Assembly: GCF_964204645.1 (NCBI RefSeq)
Contig: NC_134027.1
Location: 11,440,485 to 11,504,484, forward strand
Length of the DNA stretch: 64,000 nucleotides
Reading direction: 5' to 3'
Origin: Tubulanus polymorphus
Lineage: Eukaryota > Animalia > Nemertea
The position numbers were made by a program, and so were the translations under genes. Below, piece by piece: positions 37,956 to 50,119 of the stretch (positions within the stretch are counted from its first letter, which is position 1; each line of letters starts with the position of its first letter). The notes beneath the pieces were generated by a model. That model was not told the origin of the DNA, did not search any database, and saw only the letters and a program-made list of their open reading frames with translations.

Positions 37956-38108
37956 CAGTGGAACCTCGATTCATCGGATATAACAAAATATAGAATTTTG
38001 TCCCAAGTAAGACAAGTTGATTAATTTAAAATCGGATATAACGAAGTATCGGTTTTAACGATCATGTTTTCTGGTCTCCCTGAAAATCGCTGTAACGAGG
38101 TTCCAGTG
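37956..38108. mobile_element. Tc1/pogo-like MITE
   Basis: TA|CAGTGGAACCTCG...CGAGGTTCCAGTG. Confidence 0.6.
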
Positions 38109-38345
38109 CATAGTTTCCAGGTAAAATGTCTTAACCTGACGATGGAAAATGATTCGGAATGCTAAATCTTTGGACATATTTTATTGCTTTGACGTTGAAT
38201 TCCATTGTTTATCAAATCGCAACGATTGGTAATCCCTGCTTTGCATACTGCCTGTACTTCCCCCTGGGGTTCCTGTTTAATAGTTCATAGTTAGGGTAAT
38301 TTATTCATTTCATTTTTAGTCTTCGTAAGTGTCTAGATCATTACG

Positions 38346-38518
38346 GTCAACCCCCGATATACCGGCCTCCCATACACTCCCACCCCCGCCTACCGCCAGG
38401 TTTTTGAATGTAACATCTCTATACAAATACACAGTAAACCTCCCCCCCATATACCGCCATACTCTCTATACTGCCAAAATCATTCTGCACCGATGTGGGT
38501 GGTATATCGGGGGTTGAC
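38346..38518. mobile_element. Tc1/pogo-like MITE
   Basis: 18-bp TIR GTCAACCCCCGATATACC/GGTATATCGGGGGTTGAC. Confidence 0.7.
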
Positions 38519-39103
38519 TAGATAAGCGTTAATGGGTACGTGAAATTTTTCAATGTTATGAGAGTATAACCTGTGTCAGTCTACTACTTGTATTTTGATA
38601 TATTTATTTAACTGGTGTGAATTAGCTGGTGAGATGAATAGGCTGGGGATCGATGTTTAACTTGATAAATATTCTTCTGATACTTTGTATGAATTATATA
38701 TCATCCAACTCGGATATCGCTCAAATTGGTGACAAATGTACACAGTCTTAAAAGATAGAACAACCTACTTGAGCGGTCTACTGCGGCTCAATTGCATTCC
38801 TTTTACTTTTCAGATTTTGTATATAATTTTGTTGCGTTTTTGTAAATTCATAAGGTTGTGTGTATAAAGGATATTAATGGAGTTACCCGGGGCTTGTCAC
38901 TAATGCTGTTAACTATTTTTAATGCTAAATGTGTATCGGCGAGTGTTATATCATTTTCTCTGAATTAGCTTATTTATTTCTCGGGTCAGTATTGTGTAAA
39001 TACATAATAAGTTAAGGATTGGATTGGTATAAATTTAGAATTTTATGTACATTTTAACTCCTAATTTATCTCGTACGTGTAATTGTTTGTCGAGTCTCCC
39101 GTA

Positions 39104-39605
39104 TCATCCCCGGCAGGGATTCAAAACCTAATGGCATCGCTAGACTCAGCCATGACGTGAAACCCTGCCATGAAAACTTGCGACATCAATGTGGAGCTTT
39201 TTCGAGACAAGCACCGCGAACCTGGAACGCCATGATCTCTACACCCACTGTTCTCAACTTGACGTTGAATGAATTCAAATCCATGATCAAAACTCCAACT
39301 ATTCCATGCATACCTTGATGTTATTACCCTGGAGGAGCACATTTGAACTTTGCTTTTTCGCATTGAATTATCGCGCCATAAAAATTTTATTATTATCATT
39401 ATTATCAATCAGATTGCCCGCTTTATAATCGCTGAGGCAAATTTCAAGCATAAACTTAAAATGGAAAATCCTGGGCATATGAAAAAAACCAGGATTTCTG
39501 ATTGGCTAATAATAACATCATCTTCGTTGCGTTTTCAGTGAGGCAGTGTCATACCGTGACAAGTCTCGGTGCCATTAGGTTCGAAATCCTGCCGGGGGAG
39601 GATGA
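39104..39605. mobile_element. long-TIR element with B-box-like termini
   Basis: ~75-bp imperfect inverted arms; a relative lies at 47538-47831. Confidence 0.55.
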
Positions 39606-40085
39606 GTCAACCATGGAACCTTGTTACATGGAATGTCCTGGCCCAAATAATCCGCTGGTTATGGGGTTAATTTCAAAGATTGTTTTATCTGTTAGATTTT
39701 TATATTCGAGGTTGTATTAATGAGGTTCCATTGTAGCATAGCATTCTTCACTGTATAAAAACCGAAATGTGCTTTCAATCGTTTTATGTTTTGGGAATCT
39801 TTTTGCTTTAGGAAATTGGGTGTTACATTTTTTTCGGGAATAACTTTGCTCATGTATATATGTACAGCAAGAATTGTATAAATATATATTCTCTTGTAAA
39901 ATAAACCTGTTATCTCGGAAATTCTGTGCTTTTGATCGAACAGTTTTACCCGTAAGTAACTCTGTTTTCTCAAAAAAGTTTAACAGGGTGGCCACTTATA
40001 ATTTACTTGCTTTTTCGGCGGCATGCACGTTGTTTTACCTGATTTGATCTGCTACGAATCCAATCAATTAACAGAGTGAAAGATA

Positions 40086-40481
40086 GGCGCTTTTACGAAA
40101 CTGAATCTTTGTAAATCGATTTAAGTTTCACGTTTACGGGCACACGGTTTAGTGAATCCAATTTGGTAAATCAACCCGTTTGTGAAACGGTTTAGTAAAT
40201 TAATTTATTAAATCGACTAACTTGCTCGGCGAGCAAGTTAGTGGCGATTTAGTCAGCTAAATCCAACATGGCGTCCTCTTCGACCGCGGACTAAAGACAT
40301 CTATTGCAGACCATCATCTGTCTAAATTCGGTCACCATTGACGCCCATTTTCTTTTGAATCGCGACCTTTAAATTGATTCGATTCATTTACGAAAAACAA
40401 TTCGATTTACTAATCCTTTCGGTTTCCGACATCGAATCGGATTTAGCTAAACCGAATCAAATTCAATTTCGTAAAAGCGCC
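40086..40481. mobile_element. PIF/Harbinger-like MITE nested in an older repeat
   Basis: TIR GGCGCTTTTACGAAA/TTTCGTAAAAGCGCC with ATA/TTA flanks; it splits a repeat that is uninterrupted at ~6981-7177. Confidence 0.7.
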
Positions 40482-42207
40482 TTATGTATAACGTAGATTT
40501 AACCTGTTTGATTTTATGTGCGATCTACCAATCTCAACAAACTACCCCGAATTTTTTTAAGAAAAAAAATTCCCCTGACTTCTTACCTGATTTCCTGCCT
40601 AAGCTTAAAAATACCGGTATTTAGTTTCATCAGACTCGCATAGGGACCACTTACATCATATTCTCCACAGGCAAGAGAATTCCAGGGCAGTCACGAGCTA
40701 TGATGGCTCACTTGTGAATTGGAGCAAGAAATTTTCAATATTATGTCGTCCAGAGAAGGTATAATCAGCTTCATGGATGAGAGTACTGATTGAAACATTG
40801 AGTTATAAACGCAATCACATAAGACATAGAACTGGGACAAATTAATTTCATATGACTTCTGTGAAATACACAATAGAATTGAAAATATTGTATCTTCTTT
40901 CTTGATTCTAATTACCGTGATAATTCTGGAATTTTCCACTGCAAGTTGCAGAATTTTAAAGGAAGTCAGTTTCTACAAAAATTAAAAGATCCATTTACAG
41001 CAATATGTGCTTGCCAATTGATTTTCCATTGTCAAACTCTGTGCACTGATTGTTCGCTGAAAAAAATGTTCAAAGGAGCCACTGGATATCAGAAACGGGA
41101 ACTTTTAGGCAATTGAATGTAAGTGAAAAGGGTAAAGGTAATTATACAACTTCAGAAATAACGACTTGCGTAAATATAGTTAGAATGACTTAAGTTGCCA
41201 TAATTCTGACAATAAATACAGAGGCGGATTTAGGGAGGCATACGCCCCCTTTTTTGACCAACGGCCCTTAAACTTCTTAATAAAGTTTTTCTCAATCCCC
41301 TTTTCAAAATTTGTGGATCTGCCTCCACGTTACATTAACGACTCAAAAGATGACTAACACTTCGTGAATTGAACTATAAAATACACAAATTAAGACTCAC
41401 AGATGACAATCTGAGGATTTATCCATGAGAACTTAACCAGAGTTTGACTCGACAAGCAGATTTTGAATAGAAATTAAACCAAGTTTTTTTTTTCTTTACA
41501 TATACCGTATAGTTTCAGCACTGCCCCACGTGATTCTATGACTTATCTACTAAGTCCAATAGCACATTATTGGGGCTTAATTTTGACTATTTCCACAAAA
41601 AAAAATAAAGTTATCCATTCTCATACAAAAAACCAGGCATTAGGTTTGGAACATGGGATAGCTGAAGTTGACACTGCTACGTCTTTGAAGGAGGTGTATA
41701 GATTCTACATAAATGTTGACTAATTGATACCTCCTCTTAAACGAAATAGACCGCAAAGGATAGATTTGTACTGTAACGAAAGTTTTATTAACAAATGTCA
41801 TCATATAAATGCAAAAAATAACTACTCGGATTAATATAGCTTAATAATGGTTGATTGAACATGCATTTTGAGTGAAGGAGTCTGCTACAAAAAAGATTGA
41901 AAGCAATTTCACCAGTTCTATTGAAATCAATTTAGAAACTGCTATCCAAAGCCACAGCTGAAACTTTGGGAATTTGTTTCTTTGATTCTTGGATTGGATT
42001 TTTTCATGAATAGTTCGGAAGATTCGAGTAGTAACCAAAATTTGGTTACTACTTGAATCAAAGCTTCAATGTGTATTTGACAAATACACATTGAAGCATT
42101 GACTGGAGTATTTGATGATTAAATAGTTCATAACTCATATTTTCCTAACGAGTTCCTAGTCTATAAAGGAATGTACATATGTACCATCTATTTGGAAACC
42201 AGTTGTT

Positions 42208-42565
42208 TTACCAGTAAAAACATTTCATACCATTTAGATACGCGGTTTGATAATCATAAGCTCTTTGCATATAAAACAGCATTTTAGCATTCTTTTGTTC
42301 CAGCATTTGCCTGTAGTGATATTCCATGAATTCGTGATATGTTTGACTGTAGACCATATTCCAGTATTGCCGCCAATTGTTAAAAAACTCCATATACGCA
42401 ACATGAGGGTTTATGCCACGTTTATAAGGCCATCTCGATGATTCGTGTGGTTGTTCAGAGTTTTCCATGGAAAAGTGATATGGCCAGCTTTGCTTCGAAT
42501 AGTGATGAAACATTTCAGCATAATCATCATAAGTACTAACATCGTCATCATCCTCATCGTCATCG

Positions 42566-42608
<43 letters not shown>

Positions 42609-45600
42609 AGTCATCATAGAACAGGGGACTTTTCTGACCATGTGATCGATATCCACTCGTGTTTTCCTCGTAGTATTGGTCTCCGTTAGCATTTGAAATA
42701 ATATCTTCGTTAATTTCATTTTCAAAACATTCGCCGTAAACATCGTTCTCATCTCCAAGTTTCACGGAAGTCCACGGATTGTCCAAGTATGTATGATGTT
42801 TGATGCTTTTCACACTAATGGTCTTGCTTTCAGAAATGGTGCGACAAGCTTTGTCATCGGAATTTGTGTTCACAACTATGACATCAACATTATCACGATC
42901 AACTTGTTTCTTGTTAACAATTTCATTATCTAGCAGTAAAGTATTAGCTTTAGATAACAATTGCCCATTACCTTCGCTCGATTTATCTACGGATATATCA
43001 TAGTCGCCATCTCCAAATTTTGAAGAAGAGTTACCAGCATCTTGAATCAGGGTTTTAGCAGCCTCCGCTAGACATTTTTTAATAACGTCAGTTTGTGCAT
43101 TGAATATTCCATCTGATAAATCCTGCTGCGGCTTTTGAGTCATTATTGGAGAATTTACTTTTTTTTCTATGTGTTCCGACTTCTTTTGCCTGTGTTTCTG
43201 CTTACGTTTCTTTCTATTCTTCTCCAGTGAAACATGTTCTGACGTGTTGTTGTCACCGATGTCTTGATATTTCTCTCCCAGTATCAGGTCGTTGCTATCA
43301 ATTTTTGATACTGAATGATCACTGTCTGAAATGAGTTGCTTTATATGAACATGCTTTTCTTGACTTTCAAGAATACTCGCGACCTTTGACACATCATCAG
43401 TATGTATTCTAGTTTTTAACGAAGACATTCTCTTTAGCAAGCTATTTTCCGAATCTACAGTTACTGGGTTGTTCAAATATCCACTTAATCCTGCCTTTAG
43501 CTGATCAAATGTTGAAGAATCAGCGTCTAGATCGGTAATTTCACCTTTTAAAGAACCAGTTTTTGTTGAAGATACCGCATCATTTTTTCCAGTAACAATA
43601 TCAGGTCCAACTCCAACTGTAATCTGAGTACCATCAGATTTTGCAGCACACATTCTAGTCATATTTGAAATTACTGGTAATTTAGTATTGAATGCATTAC
43701 TCTTTTGACAAACGTGACATTTTTTAGCGATGCTAGGACAATTGCGAAATATTTCTGAGACCCTACAACAAATGTCCTTATTTACCCTTTTCAGGCCAAT
43801 CAATTCTGAACTTGAATACATATATTTAGGAGGTGAGGATGAAAAACCTTCTGAGCACATATTTACATCAATATCACCGGTTTTAGCATCAGGATACGCA
43901 ACAATTGATGCCGTACCCTTTTGACAAGAGCGACATTTTTTGCTGATGCTAGGACAATTCTTAAATATTTCTGAAACTCTACAACAAAATTCATCATTTA
44001 CCCTCTGCATAGAAATTAATTCCGAATATGAATACATAGTAATAACAGCGGGAGTTTTCTCTGAACACACATTAACATCAATATCACATGTTTTAGCATT
44101 TAAATTCGACGAGCGTTTAATTTTTCCTACGGTATCATTAATATTTTCATCAGACAGCAAATTTTCCAGTTTATTTACCAAAGAACTACCATTTTGAGTT
44201 TCAATACCGCTGTTATGGTCGCCTTTCATAATGACTTTATCTGATTCTTCAACAAGACTGGAGATACTGTTTTTCAATACGTTTCTATCTCCAGGAGTCA
44301 GTGACCTATCTTTTAATTCTAAATTGACAGCAGCATTGAGCTTTGAAATATTTTCAGCGCATTTACAAAACCTTTTAAAGCAGTGCTGTCCTTTCAATTT
44401 AAGCTTATAGAGTTGACAACGAGCGAATGACGTGTTTCGCAACTGTAAGAGTTCCGATTTTGTGTATACTATTAGAGGTTTCTTTACCAAATCATCTTCC
44501 TCTTTCATATCATCGACCGGAGACACATTAACGCTAGAATCAAATTTTTCAGCTTGCGCATCGACAAAATCATTTTCCACTTTCTGAGGAAAGTTTTTGA
44601 TTTGGTGAATTGTCACTAATTCGTCCAAGTTCACAGTAGTCACTGGATCAGTTAAATCAGCAGGTATTGGATCTGTAAAATACAAGTTGACATACTGTTT
44701 AAACAAGTACTTAAAAAAAATATCGAAAATAAGTACTTCAAAGCAGTATCGATAGTTCATCATCAGCAATTCAACAAATACCTGGTAAAAGTTTAATGTC
44801 TGTGTTGCATTTCGCTTGAATACAATTCAATAAATTCATTTCCACACCTTCCGCTACTAAGGACACAGCAGCACCATATGATCCTAACAGAAATAACATC
44901 AAACATAATATCGCATGCCAGAGTCAAGATGAAACTGGTTTTTTCTGCAGGGAAATAGCTGATGGAACTTACCAAAGCGACCCGCTCTTCCTATACGATG
45001 GAGATACGTTTCATGGTCTCGTGGCATGTCCAGATTGACAACCAGATTCACCCTTTCAGCATCAATTCCTCGAGAAGTCTACAAATAGTCAATTAGCTTG
45101 GACTTAACTCTTTTACATGTTGAGCAGTTGAAATGTGTAGCAGTGTGGGCACTCACTGCCACCTGCTAGTGGGTTCGAAGCCTGACACGTATCCGCATTG
45201 CCTTTCTCCACCCATGTGGCATTAAGATTGGGTTATTGCCTGGACAGAGGGGAAGTAGCTTGGATGTATCATGTAGGGGTGGATCGAGGGGGTGCATTGG
45301 GTGTTATAGGGCACCCCTTCGAAAGCATCTATAATTCATTTTCAGTTATTCAACGCTACATTTCAAATTACAAGGTAAATTCAAAACGTATGATATGATC
45401 AAACAATGCCTAAAAACGCTCAGAATGCATGAAAATTAGACTAATTTTTCAAAATGATCTGGGGGACAAGCAGAGCATCCAGACAATCCAGACATCCTAC
45501 CCCCATCCAGACAATCCTGGATCTGCCTCTGTCATGTTATTTCTCCTCCTAAAAGAGATGGCTGATTCACTATTATAGATACATGTAAAGGCTTTTTTCT

Positions 45601-48600
45601 GAGTGATATTAGCAATGTACTTGTATCACTGATGATATTGATACATGAAAGAATCTCATTAATATTATAGAACTGTTTAAACTATTTCAAATAAACATAC
45701 CAGATCTGTTGAAATGAGTACTCGACATTGAAATGACTTAAGTTTATCCATAGCTTCTATTCTTTGATACTGATCTTGACTACCAGATATGTACGCAGCT
45801 GGCCATCCTCTCGCATTCAACGTATCGGACAGAGTCTGCGCCCTGCAAAATTCATTCAATCTAATATATCCAAGGAGCAAAACAGCCTGTGAACTTCATT
45901 CAAAGTTTTATCGATGTAAAAGTATTTTGAAAGCGAGCATTCAATAGATGACTGAAGTGAGTAATACTGTACCTTTGTTGATAATTTGAGAAAACCAGAC
46001 ACTGATGAAATCTAACGGTCGACAGTAGCTTTATGAGACATTCAGTTTTTGATTCGAAAAGCTTATGCACCAATGGATGGTATGGAACTTTACAATGAAA
46101 CTGCTTGATACCTGCAAAACCAAAGTTTGTGGTGAGTATCACAGTTGACTCCGAGTACCTTTGATCTGTTAATACCTTGGTAAATGATAATAACAGTTGC
46201 TTCAATAGCACTTTTCCATCAACACATGCTGACCTCACCATGAGGCGCCATCCAAAGTAACAGTTAATACAATATAAAACCAATGGGTGTACAATGGTGT
46301 TCAGTGCTACACTTATTGCCTTGCTCAGACTAAGCAAAGAAATTATCTACCTAAAATCACACCTGATAGAAGACGGTCTAAAGAATTCTGAGGGTCTACT
46401 GGAGTCTACTGTACTACCAGCTACATATTTTGTTAAGGCTATAACCTCATCACCACAGTGCCCATCAAATAAAATCCTGTTTGACTATGTTCCATATATA
46501 ATAATGCTGGATTTAAAGGTTTGGTCGACCATTATACGAGCATTTAAGTTCCACAAATGTTGGCTCTTTAACCATAGCGTACATAAGTACACAATCAAAA
46601 CGAAGATTTAGGGTATTTAGTCCCACAGATTTTGGCTCTATACTAGTTTATCTCTTTAACCCTTTCAGTGCGTCTACACCGCAGTGCGGTGTATAAATCA
46701 GTGATAGATTTTGCTAGCATATCACACTGCGGTGTATTGATGTAATTAGTAATTATCTCTTTTGAAAAATGGCAGCACCTGTCAAACATAGTGAAATACT
46801 AGTAACTAACGATACACCGCGCCGCGGTGTAGACGCACTATAGTGGTATTCCCGTTAATCAACACACTAGGGTGGAATTTTTAAAAATTTTCAAATTATC
46901 TCCAGCACTATAGGGTATTAATTAGTCAGCACTGAAAGGGTTAACCAGAGGGTCCATCATATATAAAACGAGTGTTGTACCTAACAATGCTGGATCTAAA
47001 GCATTGAGTCTGACGAATGTGGGCTCCTTCATGTAAGCTGTCAGGTGCTGTGCGAGGTATTCCGGATAGGTTGCTGACAATGCTAACATCTGTTTATTTT
47101 CGGGAAGAGTTGAATAGATCCAACTTAAATAGAAAGTCATTTTCAAATTAATTCAGTAAGCGCAAAAATTAGAGAAATTTGTGGATGTACATTAAGATGG
47201 GTCATATCAATCTGCAGCCTAGCCCCAAACCCTCAGCTTTTTCAACTGATTTTGTATCCTACAGGGGCTAGATGCTCAAAATTGGTTAAAGCTAACCAGT
47301 GGACAACTGGCATAGTAAATTAAAACTGTATATTCTTCCTATAGCATTAATCCGATGATTAACTTAAGTAAACATTTGATTGACCAGCTCCTGTCTACTG
47401 GACTTTTCCTCCTCTAATTTTCAATTAGAAATTAACAAGTAAAAGGACTACAAACACTCACCATAAATCAACACTGTCAAAAATTGATAGTCAAGACCCA
47501 AACTACAATGGTGAATGTCTGAAGGGGACGGGTGCAATCTCCCCATCGGCAGGGATTCGTACCTCCTGGCATCCAGACTGCCACTGCACAGACCCCTGCC
47601 TGATAGGCCTTCAATGCACAACTACTTGCGGCATTTATGTAGCCATGATTATCAGCCAATCACAAGAAATCACTGTTATCCGTGAATATGCCTCAGCAAT
47701 TATACAACAAGTAACCTGCTTTGCCCTTCACGCTTTCATACGGCTAAGGTATACACAAGGTCTAATCAGGCAAGGTTTAATGCCGAGGCCACATCCCAAT
47801 GCCATCAGATTCAAATCCCTGCCGAGGGAGACGAAAGTGATTCGAGGCTGTTGATTGATACCTGCAACACGAGGTGATTAAGATATTTACTTGATCGTAT
47901 TCTGAAAACCTTCTTCCATCAACTTATCAGCTTCATCGAGCACAAACAGACGAATGGAGTCCGTTGAAAGTATGTCTTTTTCTATGAGCTGTTTGATTCG
48001 CCCTTCATTAGAAAAAAAACCTACTCAAACACGCGAAGAATTTTTCATTTGGTTAATCATTGAAATCATTGAAAAAAATTCATCATTATCGAAGAGTCAT
48101 CACTATCTCGAGTAAAATGCAAACAGGGCTTCCCAGGAACAAGTTGGCAGCTCTTCATACATGAGAGTTTACAAAGCACCGTCGACAGATTGCTCACCAG
48201 GTGTCCCGATTGCTATTTGACAATTCTTCAATTTCTGCGCATCTTCGTTCACCGGTAAGCCGCCGATAAATGTATGACACGTTATACCGCTGATTCGATT
48301 CCCGATCGTAGACACAACTTCAGCGATCTGCAGAGCTATTTCTCTCGTCGGCGCCAAAACCAGAACCTAAAGAAAATTCACGAATCATCAATACATCAAG
48401 GCAGTCTAAGTCAGATAGATATAAGTCAAAATGTTACACGCAATTGTCACCAAACCTCACCATAATCCAAACAAACACATAGGCCTGCCTGCATGCACAT
48501 GCGGTTTTGGTCTTGACCTTAAATGAGGTGTGTTGGTTCTATGCGATATAAGACTCTACAACTGATTTTGTATGATCTAAACACCGTGTTGAGACCAAAC

Positions 48601-49634
48601 GTGCAACAGTACTATTGACCTGCTAAGTATCTCAACATCGGTGACAGCGCATGAAAAATACATGCGCTATTTTCTACGGACATCCGACTTCGGTCAAAGT
48701 GTGTTTTTCAAGCGTTAAAAAGTTTAAAGACTGTATTATATAGATAAGAGTGGTTTATATGAATCACTTCCAATAAAGACCGAAATATTGATCGCTTATT
48801 TTGCCTTTTGTTTATCATTGCAACCGATATTTCACTCAGCTGTATGTAACATGTGAAAGAATGCTAGTACAGCACAGCACACTACTAGGCAGAACTTAGG
48901 TGTTTAACGAATAGCTGAAAACTATCTGCTTTCATTGTAGTTCCTATCCAGCAATACAGGCATCACCACATACATGCATCATCAAAAATAAGCTAACGCC
49001 AACTGGTACAGGCCGTGCACTATGTCTGCGAGTGAAAGAGTTAACAGCATACTCTTTTCAGAAAAGAATTTGCTGTTAACCCTTTCACTCGCACACATAG
49101 TGCAGTGACACCAAAACAATGTCCATCTGTATCTGTATCAGAAGAAGTTGCGAGTTTTTCCTGATGAGGCACTTGGCAACGGTTCGTCAATCCATTGGTG
49201 ATATTTCATGAAAATTCAAAATGGTACCTGTGTGGCTGTAGACTTGACAACCAATCCTTCCAAAGCAATGACAGTAAATACACATGTTTTTCCAGTGCCT
49301 GACTTGGCTTGTACAATAAGATCTGAAAAAAAAGTATAACTAAAATTGGTGTCTTTTTTGTTGAATTTGTAAGCCAATAGACTATTATTTATTCGCCTGA
49401 CAAGTAACAGCAACTAATTTTAACAGTACAAATTACAGTACCTAAACCACAACGACCTAGCGGTATAGCTTTTAACTGTATAGGCGATGGTCTGCGAAAT
49501 CCAGCGGCTGTCAGCCCGGCTTGCACTTTCTCTGACAGAAATAGAGCGGAGAATTCCAGTTTTTCTGTTATCTGTATGTCACCAGTTCGAGCCTTAATGG
49601 CTGTATCGTGGGCAATTGCCTTTAGAGCCGCCAT
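42208..49634 (-). CDS. DDX20: ATP-dependent RNA helicase DDX20 (Gemin3)
   Basis: Exons 49634-49442, 49322-49228, 48366-48198, 48002-47891, 47123-46981, 46111-45973, 45842-45701, 45078-44973, 44883-44782, 44672-42208 (~1221 aa). [70 protein letters not shown], and a Tyr/Trp/Met-rich C-terminus typical of Gemin3. Confidence 0.93.
42541..42615 (-). repeat. (GAT/GAC)n coding repeat, poly-Asp tract in DDX20
   Basis: CAT run on the + strand, in frame in the last exon. Confidence 0.9.
46660..46940. mobile_element. piggyBac-like MITE
   Basis: TTAA|CCCTTTCAGTGC...GCACTGAAAGGG|TTAA, ending 40 nt from a DDX20 donor site. Confidence 0.9.
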
Positions 49635-50119
49635 AGTAGTTGTCTTTTTTTCAAAAAGGCATATTTCCGTCGCTAATACGACGTATTCTTTTATTTTTCC
49701 CAGTATCTGTCTTGAGTGGTTCAACGACCTTGAGATTAGTGGGTAACGATTAAAATACGGAATCGGACTGAATGTGGATTTAATTTCAATCTTATCAGAT
49801 GATACAATGTTATTTCAATGCCTTTAACTTAAATTTTGTATTCTAATAACGATATTTCTCTCGTACGGATGACATTTCGTATCTAGATTACAGCATTGAA
49901 AGATATATTCGGATCCAGTTAGTGCCGTTACCCGCCACTGCCCTCTCGTGGCAGCACCTCCCGGACAGAATTTAGGGAGGACACTATTTACTTCCGGGTT
50001 GAGTCAATTTTCAATTTCATTTTTTTGACATTTTTTGGTAGATTCATCTGCTGGCCTTAATCGATATCTGGTGTAGTTTGAATCAAAAAGAATAGTAAAA
50101 AACTAGTCTTGAAACAAAA
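49635..50119. promoter_or_regulatory. probable bidirectional promoter of DDX20 and twinfilin
   Basis: Divergent ATGs separated by 485 bp; GC-richer core ~49920-50000 with ETS-type ACTTCCGG at 49990. Confidence 0.6.

Noticed and set aside
42411-42758. Poly-Met and poly-Ile ORFs
   Set aside because: Other frames of the (GAT)n poly-Asp repeat.
44673-44769. N-terminal part of the 853-aa ORF as an independent gene start
   Set aside because: Intron sequence; the acceptor at 44672 joins in frame to DDX20.
47766-47777. 12-nt identity ATCAGGCAAGGT with the tRNA-Leu intron
   Set aside because: Too short to exceed chance among all possible pairs in 64 kb.
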